Below are positions 10,072-19,649 of a stretch of 64,000 nucleotides of DNA, in pieces; position 1 is the first letter of the stretch; each line of letters starts with the position of its first letter. The notes under the pieces are model-generated. The model did no database searches and was not told where the DNA came from. It was given only the letters and a program-made list of their open reading frames with translations. Location: assembly GCA_902614395.1 (NCBI GenBank), contig CACMKW010000001.1, positions 92,489 through 156,488 on the forward strand. The letters are read 5' to 3'. Origin of the DNA: an uncultured Alphaproteobacteria bacterium (lineage in GTDB: Bacteria; Pseudomonadota; Alphaproteobacteria; HIMB59; GCA-002718135). Both the position numbers and the translations under genes were made by a program.

Positions 10072-10554
10072 TTACTTATTTTTTTTTCTAAATAAATAAG
10101 GTTCTACAAAATCTCCAATCCATATCCCTCTTTTCTCCTGTTTTGCTTTTTCTTCTTCTTCAACATAATCTTTTGAATAATAGCGATAAGCTATAGCCCA
10201 TCCATTCAGAACCATTTCACTATTTAAATCTAAATTATCTTTGTAGCAGATTCCAATAAATCTATTATATCGATCCTTACCTTGTGTTATGCACTCAATT
10301 TTATTATTACCAATTAGTTCCTTTAAGAACTTTGTTGATTCCACACCACAATTCCAGACTTTACTATTTTTATTACATGTTTGATTTGTTTCAGGGGCGT
10401 CAATCGCATGCAGTCTTATTTTATTTTTATTAATATGTATAGTATCACCATCAATTACTTTTGCTTTTCCAAATATAGTTTTACTAGATAATACTGTGCT
10501 AAGAGTAATTAAGATAAGAAATAAATTAAATATTAAGATTTTTACTACCATCAA
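10072..10554 (-). CDS. secreted/anchored staphylococcal-nuclease-like (thermonuclease family) protein
   Basis: 160 aa. N-terminal hydrophobic leader. SNase blocks VIDGDTIHINKNKIRLHAIDAPE, GKDRYNRFIG, VLNGWAIAYRYY. Its first 29 nt overlap the 3' end of soxG. Confidence 0.8.
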   Translation of the reverse strand: MMVVKILIFNLFLILITLSTVLSSKTIFGKAKVIDGDTIHINKNKIRLHAIDAPETNQTCNKNSKVWNCGVESTKFLKELIGNNKIECITQGKDRYNRFIGICYKDNLDLNSEMVLNGWAIAYRYYSKDYVEEEEKAKQEKRGIWIGDFVEPYLFRKKNK

Positions 10555-11101
10555 CTAATAAATCATAAACATATTTTGCATGTGATCTGTTTAAATGTAA
10601 ATCTAATGAAGTTTCTTCTTTATCAGTATTATTCCTAATAAAAAGTACTGGAATTTTTATAAATATAGTTTGAACTACAGAAAAATTAGTTTGCAAAATT
10701 TTTTCTAAGTTCGCGACAAGAAATTTAGAAAGTAAAATAAATACCTTTTCCCCCTCAAGCCGTAAAACAGTTTTATTAAATGAAACATCAGTTATTGCTG
10801 TTTTTTCTGGATTGAGTTTAGATTCTAATAGAGAAATAATTTCATCTTTCTCATTTTCTGGTGTTTCGACTAACCATTCATTTGGACCAAGCCACATAAT
10901 ACTAATATTATTATTAAAAATTCTTACATTTGGTTCTATTGGTAAAACCAGGTTTAATACTGAGCCTATATTTTTCATAAATTCTTTATCTGAACTTTTA
11001 CCTCGTATATTTATTTTACCTGATAGAGCTCTTTCTTCTATTGTTACTCCATTGTAATTTTTTTTATCTATATTCAAAACATTACTGTAAGTTAAACTCA
11101 T
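10526..11101 (-). CDS. soxG: heterotetrameric sarcosine oxidase gamma subunit
   Basis: 191 aa, last gene of the soxB-D-A-G order. ATGA-type 4-nt overlap with soxA (11098..11101). Size and position fit SoxG; the sequence itself is weakly diagnostic. Confidence 0.8.
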   Translation of the reverse strand: MSLTYSNVLNIDKKNYNGVTIEERALSGKINIRGKSSDKEFMKNIGSVLNLVLPIEPNVRIFNNNISIMWLGPNEWLVETPENEKDEIISLLESKLNPEKTAITDVSFNKTVLRLEGEKVFILLSKFLVANLEKILQTNFSVVQTIFIKIPVLFIRNNTDKEETSLDLHLNRSHAKYVYDLLVDGSKNLNI

Positions 11102-14088
11102 TGATTAACCCTTTGATTTTCAGGATCTATAAATATTGGACTAGTTATTTCTACCTCAATATTTTCATTTTCCATTGGAGCAATTAAAACACTTCCTTTT
11201 TTTTCAAGACCACCTTTAATTAAAGCTAAAGCAAAAGAACATTTTAAATTAGGTGAATAATAACTAGACGTCACGTGACCAACCATTTTCATAGGTAGGG
11301 CAGTTATTTCTTCAACCAATTGAGATCCTTCTTCAAGAACTTTATTTGGATCTTTAGTTTTTAACCCAACTAATTGTTTCCTATCTTTTTTAATAGTATC
11401 ACTTCTATATAATGCCCTTTTACCAATAAAATCATATTTCTTCTTACTAACTATCCAGTCCATATCCAGATCTACTGGTGTCACTGATCCATCTGTTTCT
11501 TGACCAACAATAATAAATCCTTTTTCAGCACGAAGTACATGCATTGCTTCAGTTCCATACGGAGTAATATTAAATTCTTTACCTTTATCTATACAAAGTT
11601 CCCAAAGATTTTTAGCATAGCCAGATGGAACATTTATTTCGTAACACATCTCCCCTGTAAAACTTATACGCATGACTCTACACTTTATTCCGTCAATATT
11701 AATATTCTTAAAACTCATATGAGGAAAATTTTCTTTTGAAAAATCAAAATCTGGAACTAACTTTTGCATTAATTTTTTTGAATTTGGACCATTTAAGCTT
11801 ATCGTTCCATAGTTTTCTGTTACGGATGTTAAATATACTTCTAATTCTGGCCATTCTGTTTGTAACCAATCTTCTAATTTTGACATTACTGACGCTGCGT
11901 TTCCTGTAGTTGTTGACATGAGATAATGATACTCGTCTAATCTAGTTGTTACACCATCATCAATAACCATCCCATCGTCACCTAACATTACACCATATCG
12001 ACATTTACCAATTTCTAATTTTGACCAAGAATTTGTGTAAATTCTATTTAAGAATTCGCTAACATCTCTTCCCTTAATATCAATTTTACCAAGCGTTGAT
12101 GCATCTAATATCCCTAGACTATCTCTAGTTGCTTTTACTTCTCTATTTAAAGCAGACTGAAAACTTTCATTCCTTTGAGGATAATACCAGGCTCTTTTCC
12201 ATTGACCTACATCCTCAAATAAAGCTTTATTATCAATATGCCATTGATGCATTGGGCTTGTTCTCTCTAAATCAAAAAATTCTTTAACATGACGTCCAGC
12301 AATTGCTCCAAATGTCACTGGCTTATAAGGTAAACGAAATGTTGTCGTACCTAATTCAGAGATTTCAGTATTTGTTAACTCTGATATTATTCCAAGTGCA
12401 TTAACATTACTGGTCTTACCTTGATCAGTTGCCATTCCTGTAGTTGTATAACGTTTGACATGCTCAATTGATTGAAAACCCTCTTTTAAAGCTAATTTAA
12501 TATCTTTTGCTGTTACATCGTTTTGGAAATCTACAAACATTTTTGTTCGTGAGATATTTTTCTTTGATGTAATCCAAACATTTTCGTGTTTGCCTTGCTT
12601 TAAATCATCTGATTTGTAGTTTACTTCGCTAAGTTCATTTTGCTGATTATCATTTAAATATTTATATGTATCTTCTTGAGTTTTTAATAATATTTCATTT
12701 AAATTATAATTACCATTGCAACTTCCAACACACAATGTATCTTGATAAACTTCATTAGGAATAAAACTTCCATCTACATCTCTAAATTTAAGTTTTCCTT
12801 TTGATTGAGTAAATAAATGAACAGTAGGAGTCCAACCACCACCAATTGCTAAAAGATCGCATTTAATATTAATAGAAGATTTTTCATTATTGTTTTCAGT
12901 TTTTATTTTTCTTAATTTAACTTCTCTAATTTTTAATCTTCCAACAGTATCACTAATTTCATAACCTCTTAGTATAGTAATACCTAATTTATTTGCTTTT
13001 TTTGGGTAATATCCATCACTACTATCTCTTGTATCGACAATAGCCTCTACTTTTATACCTTGTTCAAAAAAATCTATTGCAGTTTCATAGGCACTATCAT
13101 TGTTTGTAAAAAAAACTAAATTTTTTCCAGGTGCAACTCCATACTTATTTAAGTATTTTTTTGCACTGTTAGAAAGCATAATTCCAGGCCTGTCATTATT
13201 GTTAAATATTATTGGTCGTTCAATTGCGCCAGTTGCTAAAATAACTTTCTTTGATCTAATTTTCCAAATTCTTTCTTTAATATCATTTTTTTTATTTAAA
13301 CCTTTTTCTGGATCAATTTCTTGCACTGCTAGTAATAAATTATAATTCAAGTATGCAAAACAAGTTGTGTTTTTAACTATTTTTACATTTGAATTTTTAG
13401 AAAGTTTATCAACTAATTTATTTTTCCATTCATTAATCGGTAAATTATCAATTTTAATGTCTTGATTTTTTGTAGATAAAATTTCACCACCGAGATCCTC
13501 TTCTTGCTCAACTAGTAAAACTTTATAATTTTTATTCGCTGCAATTTCTGCTGAAATTAATCCACTTACTCCTGCTCCAACAATTAGAACATCACAATGA
13601 TAATGAAAATGTTCGTATTTGTGGGGATCATCTTTTTTTGGAGATTTACCAAGTCCTGCAGCGTGTCTTATAAAAAATTCATATGCTTTCCAAAACTTTG
13701 GTGGCCACATAAAGGTCTTGTAATAAAACCCTGCAGGAAAAAATGGGGATAGTAAATCATTTACAGCGCCAGCATCAAATTTCACTGACGGCCAATTATT
13801 TTGACTAAAAGCTTTTAACCCATCATATATCTGGACTTCAGTTACTCTTCTATTAGGTTCGGTATATTCTTTGGTTTCAAGCTGAACTATTCCATTAGGC
13901 TCTTCACTACCTGCGGTATAAATACCCCGCGGTCGATGATATTTAAAACTTCTTCCAACTAAATGAACATTATTTGCAAGAAGTGCAGAAGCTAGCGTGT
14001 CACCTTCAAATCCAAAATATTCTTTATTATCAAAATAGAACCTAACAGACTTATTATTTTCTAGATTTTTATTATTTGTGTATCGCAT
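11098..14088 (-). CDS. soxA: heterotetrameric sarcosine oxidase alpha subunit
   Basis: 996 aa. Nucleotide-binding DVLIVGAGVSGL. C-terminal GcvT-like THF domain (SFTGEMCYEINVP, YGTEAMHVLRAEKGF). Flanked by soxD and soxG. Confidence 0.93.
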   Translation of the reverse strand: MRYTNNKNLENNKSVRFYFDNKEYFGFEGDTLASALLANNVHLVGRSFKYHRPRGIYTAGSEEPNGIVQLETKEYTEPNRRVTEVQIYDGLKAFSQNNWPSVKFDAGAVNDLLSPFFPAGFYYKTFMWPPKFWKAYEFFIRHAAGLGKSPKKDDPHKYEHFHYHCDVLIVGAGVSGLISAEIAANKNYKVLLVEQEEDLGGEILSTKNQDIKIDNLPINEWKNKLVDKLSKNSNVKIVKNTTCFAYLNYNLLLAVQEIDPEKGLNKKNDIKERIWKIRSKKVILATGAIERPIIFNNNDRPGIMLSNSAKKYLNKYGVAPGKNLVFFTNNDSAYETAIDFFEQGIKVEAIVDTRDSSDGYYPKKANKLGITILRGYEISDTVGRLKIREVKLRKIKTENNNEKSSINIKCDLLAIGGGWTPTVHLFTQSKGKLKFRDVDGSFIPNEVYQDTLCVGSCNGNYNLNEILLKTQEDTYKYLNDNQQNELSEVNYKSDDLKQGKHENVWITSKKNISRTKMFVDFQNDVTAKDIKLALKEGFQSIEHVKRYTTTGMATDQGKTSNVNALGIISELTNTEISELGTTTFRLPYKPVTFGAIAGRHVKEFFDLERTSPMHQWHIDNKALFEDVGQWKRAWYYPQRNESFQSALNREVKATRDSLGILDASTLGKIDIKGRDVSEFLNRIYTNSWSKLEIGKCRYGVMLGDDGMVIDDGVTTRLDEYHYLMSTTTGNAASVMSKLEDWLQTEWPELEVYLTSVTENYGTISLNGPNSKKLMQKLVPDFDFSKENFPHMSFKNINIDGIKCRVMRISFTGEMCYEINVPSGYAKNLWELCIDKGKEFNITPYGTEAMHVLRAEKGFIIVGQETDGSVTPVDLDMDWIVSKKKYDFIGKRALYRSDTIKKDRKQLVGLKTKDPNKVLEEGSQLVEEITALPMKMVGHVTSSYYSPNLKCSFALALIKGGLEKKGSVLIAPMENENIEVEITSPIFIDPENQRVNQ

Positions 14089-14096
14089 CTTTATTT

Positions 14097-14453
14097 TTAA
14101 AACCTATCTTTCTTCGATGTTGATAAATTCCCTGATCCAATACTTGGCTCACCTGAAGGAGTAGCTGGAATATTTGCTTTTAATATGGGAGGAGCTTCTC
14201 CCATTTTATATACTGCAAGAATTTCATCGGTTGCTGTGTTTCTTGCTAAATTAAACCATCGTCTGCATCCATATTCATGGTTCCATCTTTCATAATGAAT
14301 ACCTTTTTCGTTCTTTCGCAAGAATAAATATTCTGCCCATTGATCATCAGAGAGTTCAGGAGGATTCTTTGGTCTTGCAATATGCGCTTCACCTCCACAA
14401 GAAAATTCAGCTTGATCTCTTTCTCCACAGTATGGGCAATTTATTAAAAACAT
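14097..14453 (-). CDS. soxD: sarcosine oxidase delta subunit
   Basis: 118 aa. Zinc-ribbon-like start MFLINCPYCGERDQAEFSCGGEAH and HEYGCRRWFN, typical of SoxD. C-terminal tail of about 25 aa (PATPSGEPSIGSGNLSTSKKDRF) looks like an extension. Confidence 0.9.
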   Translation of the reverse strand: MFLINCPYCGERDQAEFSCGGEAHIARPKNPPELSDDQWAEYLFLRKNEKGIHYERWNHEYGCRRWFNLARNTATDEILAVYKMGEAPPILKANIPATPSGEPSIGSGNLSTSKKDRF

Positions 14454-14456
14454 GAT

Positions 14457-15716
14457 TTAATGTGCTACGGCAGCTGCACCATGTTCATCAACTAATTCAC
14501 CACTAGAAAATCTATTTATTGTAAAAGGAGCATTTAATTCATGTGCTTGATCATTAGCTATAGTGTGAGCAAATACCCAACCTGAACCTGGTGTTGCTTT
14601 AAAACCACCAGTTCCCCAACCACAATTAAAATATAATCCATTTATGTGCGTCTTACTGATAATGGGGCTTGCATCAGGACAAATATCTACAATTCCTCCC
14701 CAATGACGAAGCATTTTCATTCTAGAAAATATTGGAAACAATTCAACTATTGCCATTAATGTATCTTCAACAATGTTAAAGCCACCTCTTTGAGTATATG
14801 AAGTGTATCCATCTGTTCCAGCACCAATAACTAGTTCTCCTTTATCTGACTGAGAAACATACGCATGAATTGTATTGGACATTACTACAGTATCAATGAC
14901 TGGTTTTACTGGTTCTGAAACTAGTGCTTGTAATGGTTTACTCTCCAAAGGTAATTTGATACCCGCCATATTGGCAATAACACTGGTATGCCCTGCAGCA
15001 GCTATTCCAATTTTATTTGAATTGATGGTTCCTTTTGTTGTTTCAATACCAGTTACATTTCCATTTTTTACATTAATACCAGTTACTTCACAATTTTGAA
15101 TTATATCAACTCCCATTTCATCAGCTCCTCTTGCATAACCCCATGCAACAGCATCATGTCTTGCAGTTCCTGCTCTTCTTTGCAGCGTTGCTCCTAAAAC
15201 AGGGTATCTAATGTTTGGTGAAGTATTTATTATTGGACAAAATTCTTTAACTTTCTTTGTATCAAGCCATTCACAATCGATATCATTTAGTCTGTTTGCA
15301 TGCCACCGTCTTTTTAATTCTCTTACATCATGAAGATTATGAGCAACATTCAAAACCCCTCTTTGAGAAAACATTACGTTGTAATTTAATTCTTGAGACA
15401 TACCTTCCCAAAGTTTTAATGCATGCTCGTATAAAGCTGCACTTTGATCCCATAAATAGTTTGATCTAATTATAGTCGTATTTCGCCCTGTATTCCCACC
15501 GCCTATCCAACCTTTTTCAATTACTGCAATATTATTAACTCCATGGTTTTTTGCTAGATAGTAAGCAGTAGTTAAACCGTGTCCACCACCACCGACAATT
15601 ATTGCATCATAACTTTTTTTTGGCTCAGGACTATTCCACGTCTTTTGCCAATTCTCATGATGATTTAAAGCATTTCTAGCAATAGATAGAAATGAGTATT
15701 TATTTTTATTAAACAT
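14457..15716 (-). CDS. soxB: sarcosine oxidase beta subunit
   Basis: 419 aa. FAD motif [26 protein letters not shown], and the GWGTGGFK block typical of SoxB. Confidence 0.93.
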   Translation of the reverse strand: MFNKNKYSFLSIARNALNHHENWQKTWNSPEPKKSYDAIIVGGGGHGLTTAYYLAKNHGVNNIAVIEKGWIGGGNTGRNTTIIRSNYLWDQSAALYEHALKLWEGMSQELNYNVMFSQRGVLNVAHNLHDVRELKRRWHANRLNDIDCEWLDTKKVKEFCPIINTSPNIRYPVLGATLQRRAGTARHDAVAWGYARGADEMGVDIIQNCEVTGINVKNGNVTGIETTKGTINSNKIGIAAAGHTSVIANMAGIKLPLESKPLQALVSEPVKPVIDTVVMSNTIHAYVSQSDKGELVIGAGTDGYTSYTQRGGFNIVEDTLMAIVELFPIFSRMKMLRHWGGIVDICPDASPIISKTHINGLYFNCGWGTGGFKATPGSGWVFAHTIANDQAHELNAPFTINRFSSGELVDEHGAAAVAH

Positions 15717-15736
15717 TATAACTCTATATAGCAGTT

Positions 15737-17410
15737 TTAAAAAAGACCTTCAATTTCTCCATGGTCATTTAGCTTTATCGAATTTGCCGCAGGAACACTT
15801 GGTAGACCAGGCATGGTCATAATATCTCCGCAAACAACTACTATAAATTCTGCTCCTGATGACAATCTTACCTCTCTAATAGGTAAAACGTGGCCAGTAG
15901 GAGCGCCTTTTAAATTAGGGTCAGTTGAAAAACTATATTGAGTCTTTGCAATGCAAACAGGTAATTTGCCAAATCCTTTAGTTTCAAAATCCTTCAATTG
16001 TTGACGTACTTTCGTGTCTGCCACAACTTCACTTGCGTGATAAATCTCTTGTGCAATTTTTTCTATTTTTTTGAATAGAGTTAAGTCATCTTCATATAAA
16101 AATTTAAATGTATTCTTATTATCTTCACAAATATCTATTACATTTTGAGCTAATTCAGTTGCACCATCACCACCATCGGACCAGTGAGTACACATAGAAG
16201 CCTTGACTCCTTGAGTTGTACAAAAACTTAGAACGGCATCAACTTCAGCTTTAGAATCAGTGACAAAATGATTTATAGCAACAGTTACTGGTAATCCAAA
16301 TTTTCTAATATTATTAATATGTCTTTCTAGATTTACTAAACCTTTTTTAAGAGCATTTACATTTTCATTTTTTAAATCTTCTTTTGAAACATCGCCATGC
16401 ATTTTTAGTGCTCTAATTGTAGCTACTAAAACCACACAATCAGGTTTTAAATTTGATTTTCTACATTTTATATCAAGGAATTTTTCTGCTCCTAGATCGG
16501 CTCCAAAGCCTGCTTCAGTTACTACGTAATCACTTAATTTTAAACTAGCTTTAGTTGCAATTACAGAATTGCAACCATGAGCAATATTTGCAAATGGCCC
16601 ACCATGAATTATAGCAGGATTATTTTCTAACGTTTGTGTTATGTTGGGCCTAATGGCATCTTTTAATAATACTGTCATTGGACCTTCTGCCTTTAAATCT
16701 TTTGCATAAATAGATTTTTTGTCTCGTGTATAAGCAATAGTTATATTTCCAATTCTCTCTTCAAGATCTTTTAAATCTTTTGCTAAGCAGAAAATTGCCA
16801 TTATCTCCGATGCAACAGTAATATCAAAACCATCTTGTCTAGGATATCCATTTGCAACTCCTCCTAAATCAACAACAATAGATCTAAGTGATCTATCATT
16901 CATATCCATTACTCTCTTCCAAACAACCCTTCTAACATCAATATTTAATTTATTTCCCCAGTAGATATGATTATCAATCAATGCAGAAAGTAAATTATGA
17001 GCGGATGTAATTGCATGAAAATCTCCAGTAAAATGTAAATTAATTTGCTCCATTGGTACTACTTGAGCATAGCCTCCACCAGCTGCACCACCTTTCATAC
17101 CGAATGATGGTCCAAGACTCGGCTCTCTTAAACAAACTATTGATTTCTTTCCTAGTTTATTAAGACCATCACTTAATCCAACTGAAGTTGTTGTTTTACC
17201 TTCTCCTGCTGGTGTTGGAGTTATTGCTGAGACTAGAACAAGTTTACCATCTTTATTTTTATTAAGTGACTCTATGTACTCCAAGTTTATTTTTGCTATA
17301 TGACGACCCATAGGACTGAAGGCTTCAGGTGTGTCTGGTACATCAAGCCCTTTTAGAATTTCACTAATAGGCTTCATTTTAGCTTTTCTTGCTATTTCAA
17401 TATCTGACAT
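15737..17410 (-). CDS. fhs: formate-tetrahydrofolate ligase (10-formyl-THF synthetase)
   Basis: 557 aa. [15 protein letters not shown] start, P-loop [12 protein letters not shown], and [15 protein letters not shown] block. AAGGAG SD upstream. Confidence 0.95.
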   Translation of the reverse strand: MSDIEIARKAKMKPISEILKGLDVPDTPEAFSPMGRHIAKINLEYIESLNKNKDGKLVLVSAITPTPAGEGKTTTSVGLSDGLNKLGKKSIVCLREPSLGPSFGMKGGAAGGGYAQVVPMEQINLHFTGDFHAITSAHNLLSALIDNHIYWGNKLNIDVRRVVWKRVMDMNDRSLRSIVVDLGGVANGYPRQDGFDITVASEIMAIFCLAKDLKDLEERIGNITIAYTRDKKSIYAKDLKAEGPMTVLLKDAIRPNITQTLENNPAIIHGGPFANIAHGCNSVIATKASLKLSDYVVTEAGFGADLGAEKFLDIKCRKSNLKPDCVVLVATIRALKMHGDVSKEDLKNENVNALKKGLVNLERHINNIRKFGLPVTVAINHFVTDSKAEVDAVLSFCTTQGVKASMCTHWSDGGDGATELAQNVIDICEDNKNTFKFLYEDDLTLFKKIEKIAQEIYHASEVVADTKVRQQLKDFETKGFGKLPVCIAKTQYSFSTDPNLKGAPTGHVLPIREVRLSSGAEFIVVVCGDIMTMPGLPSVPAANSIKLNDHGEIEGLF

Positions 17411-17503
17411 GAGACTCCTTAATTATTAGATTCCTAATCTATAAATTAACTTAAATATCAAACAACTTTTGTTTCATTAAAAGATAAAAAAATTGTGAAG
17501 AAG

Positions 17504-18397
17504 CTAATTTAACTCGAATTTCTGTTTATTATTATAAGAAAAATCTGAGTTATTAAATTGATTTAACCACTCTGATGTTTTTTTCATACCACCAAACGCA
17601 TAGAAGTGTATTTTTTCAAGTTTAGAGTCTTTGTTTATTTTACTATGTTCAGCAAGATCATAAATTAATTTGTCAGGAGTGCTCAATGTTGCAAGTTTAG
17701 TTAAGTTAAAAGCCTGTTTTGTAATAAATCTTAAAGAATTTCCAATACCGCAAGACCTTGCATAATTAACTAATGTTTTAATAGAGGCAGGACCTGGTAT
17801 CCCAGCGTGGATTGGTAATTTATTTCCATTTTTTTCTAAATGTTTTTCCCAGTCGATTAAAGATTTAGCTTCAAAAAAAAATTGTGTTGCTAAATACATT
17901 TTAAAATCAACATTTTTAGCAAAATCATTCTTCTGTTTAATTGCTAAATCTAAATTTTCATTTGAAATATCTGGGCTTCCTTCGGGATGTCCAGCCACAC
18001 CTACAAATTGATAATTATATTTTGAAAGAAAATCTGTTTTTAAAACATCAATTGAGGAAGAGATTTCACCAGCTTGATTTCCACCACCACCAATAATTAA
18101 CATTTTTGAACACCCAGATTCATTTGCAAGTTCACCAATATATTTTTCTAAGTCATTTTTATTTACAATAGTTCTCGCAGGTAAATGAGGTATAACATCA
18201 TAACCTTCTAATTTTAATTTTTTTGCCGTTCTAATAACATTTTTTGAATTTTCATCTGGTAAATAAGTTATATAAACGTCATGATTTTTATTAAGAAATT
18301 CAGAAAAGCCTCCATATTTTTCGTAAACATTTGGAGTTGTTTCTATAGAATAACTATTGAGAAAATTTTTAACAATATTAATGGTTTCTTTAGACAT
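17504..18397 (-). CDS. metF: methylenetetrahydrofolate reductase family protein (divergent MetF-like)
   Basis: 297 aa. MetF-family blocks VAGHPEGSPD, ATQFFFEAKSLIDW, PIHAGIPGPASIKTL. N-terminus and C-terminal tail diverge from canonical MetF. Sits immediately upstream of fhs-soxBDAG on the same strand. Confidence 0.7.
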   Translation of the reverse strand: MSKETINIVKNFLNSYSIETTPNVYEKYGGFSEFLNKNHDVYITYLPDENSKNVIRTAKKLKLEGYDVIPHLPARTIVNKNDLEKYIGELANESGCSKMLIIGGGGNQAGEISSSIDVLKTDFLSKYNYQFVGVAGHPEGSPDISNENLDLAIKQKNDFAKNVDFKMYLATQFFFEAKSLIDWEKHLEKNGNKLPIHAGIPGPASIKTLVNYARSCGIGNSLRFITKQAFNLTKLATLSTPDKLIYDLAEHSKINKDSKLEKIHFYAFGGMKKTSEWLNQFNNSDFSYNNKQKFELN

Positions 18398-18431
18398 AAA
18401 TTTTTAAGGTTTTTTTATATTAATTAGATAA

Positions 18432-19367
18432 ATGAACAACAAGTACTTTACTATAATTACTTTTTATCAATTCAAAATAATTAAACATAAAAATGGTATC
18501 ATTACTAAACTTAAAGATTTTTGCAAATTTAATAAAATAAAAGGTACAATATTGATTGCTGATGAAGGCATTAATGGAACAATAGCTGGCTTAGAAAAAA
18601 ACATAAATTCTTTCATTCTATATCTTAAAAATTTTAATTTTGAGAAACTTAATCTTAAACGATCAAAATATAAATATATGCCTTTTCAAAAACTAAAAAT
18701 TAGAAATAAAAATGAAATAGTTACACTCAGAACCAAATTTGCTGATCCTACAAAAATATCTGGAAAAAAAGTTAAATACAATGAATGGAATAAACTAATT
18801 AAAGACAAAGACACTATTGTGATTGATGTAAGAAATGAATTTGAGATTAAAATAGGATCTTTTGAAGGGGCAATTAATCCAAAAACTAAAAGTTTCACTG
18901 ACTTTAAATCTTTTGTTCAAAAAAAACTAAATAAGTCAAAAGACAAAAAAATTGCAATGTTTTGCACTGGAGGTATTAGGTGTGAAAAGGCTTCATCATA
19001 TATGATGATGAAGGGTTTTAAAAATGTTGCTCAGTTAGACGGAGGTATACTAAAGTATTTAGAAAAAACTCCAAAAAAAGATTCAATGTGGAATGGTGAA
19101 TGTTTCGTATTTGATGGAAGAGTATCTTTGAAAAATGAATTAAAAGATGGAACTTACAAACTTTGTCATGCTTGTCGGATACCCATTAGTATTAAGGATA
19201 CTTATAATAAATATTATGAACCAGGTGTATCTTGTCACAATTGTTTTGATAAAACATCTGAAGAAAAGAAAAATAACTTACTTGAAAGAAATAAACAAAT
19301 TAAACTTGATAAAAAAAGAGGAAATTTTAACCGTTTTATTAAGCAGTCAATTTCTGATTATGAATAA
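18432..19367 (+). CDS. trhO: rhodanese-domain tRNA uridine(34) hydroxylase (YceA/UPF0176 family)
   Basis: 311 aa. UPF0176 N-domain (GTILIADEGINGTIAG), rhodanese active-site loop FCTGGIRCEKAS, C-terminal Cys cluster CHACRIP...CHNC. Confidence 0.85.
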   Translation: MNNKYFTIITFYQFKIIKHKNGIITKLKDFCKFNKIKGTILIADEGINGTIAGLEKNINSFILYLKNFNFEKLNLKRSKYKYMPFQKLKIRNKNEIVTLRTKFADPTKISGKKVKYNEWNKLIKDKDTIVIDVRNEFEIKIGSFEGAINPKTKSFTDFKSFVQKKLNKSKDKKIAMFCTGGIRCEKASSYMMMKGFKNVAQLDGGILKYLEKTPKKDSMWNGECFVFDGRVSLKNELKDGTYKLCHACRIPISIKDTYNKYYEPGVSCHNCFDKTSEEKKNNLLERNKQIKLDKKRGNFNRFIKQSISDYE

Positions 19368-19408
19368 ATAATACTTTATTTCATATAATTATTCTGTATA
19401 GACACCTC

Positions 19409-19603
19409 ATGGCAAAAAAAACTTCATTCGCTCTTAAACAACTAGTACCTGAAGAAAATCCAAAAACAGGAACTAAGTATATTGTAAGAAAACCGACAAA
19501 AGGATTGAAAGTTGCTGAAAAGCTTCGAATGAAAAAATATGATCCTGTCTTAAAAAAACACGTCTGGTTTGTAGAGAAAAAAATGCCTCCTCATAGTAAA
19601 TAA
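19409..19603 (+). CDS. rpmG: 50S ribosomal protein L33 (Cys-less form)
   Basis: 64 aa. MAKK start and EKLRMKKYDPVLKKHVWFVEKKM match the L33 C-terminal signature (KLELKKYDPVxRKHVxFKE). No CxxC pairs. Confidence 0.8.
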   Translation: MAKKTSFALKQLVPEENPKTGTKYIVRKPTKGLKVAEKLRMKKYDPVLKKHVWFVEKKMPPHSK

Positions 19604-19649
19604 TAGAATTACCTCTTTAATTTATTCTAAATTAACATAATTTAAATTC

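Noticed and set aside
9379-10554. Coiled-coil membrane protein plus convergent nuclease as a possible defence or toxin module.
   Set aside because: The genes are convergent, not co-transcribed. The nuclease is a standard exported SNase homolog attached to the sox operon. There are no ATPase, sensor or immunity components and no mobile-element context.
17411-17503. 93-nt spacer between the MetF-like gene and fhs. Checked for a THF riboswitch or attenuator.
   Set aside because: On the coding strand there is only a 6-bp AT hairpin (TAGATT-AGG-AATCTA) and a normal AAGGAG SD. Nothing resembles a structured leader.
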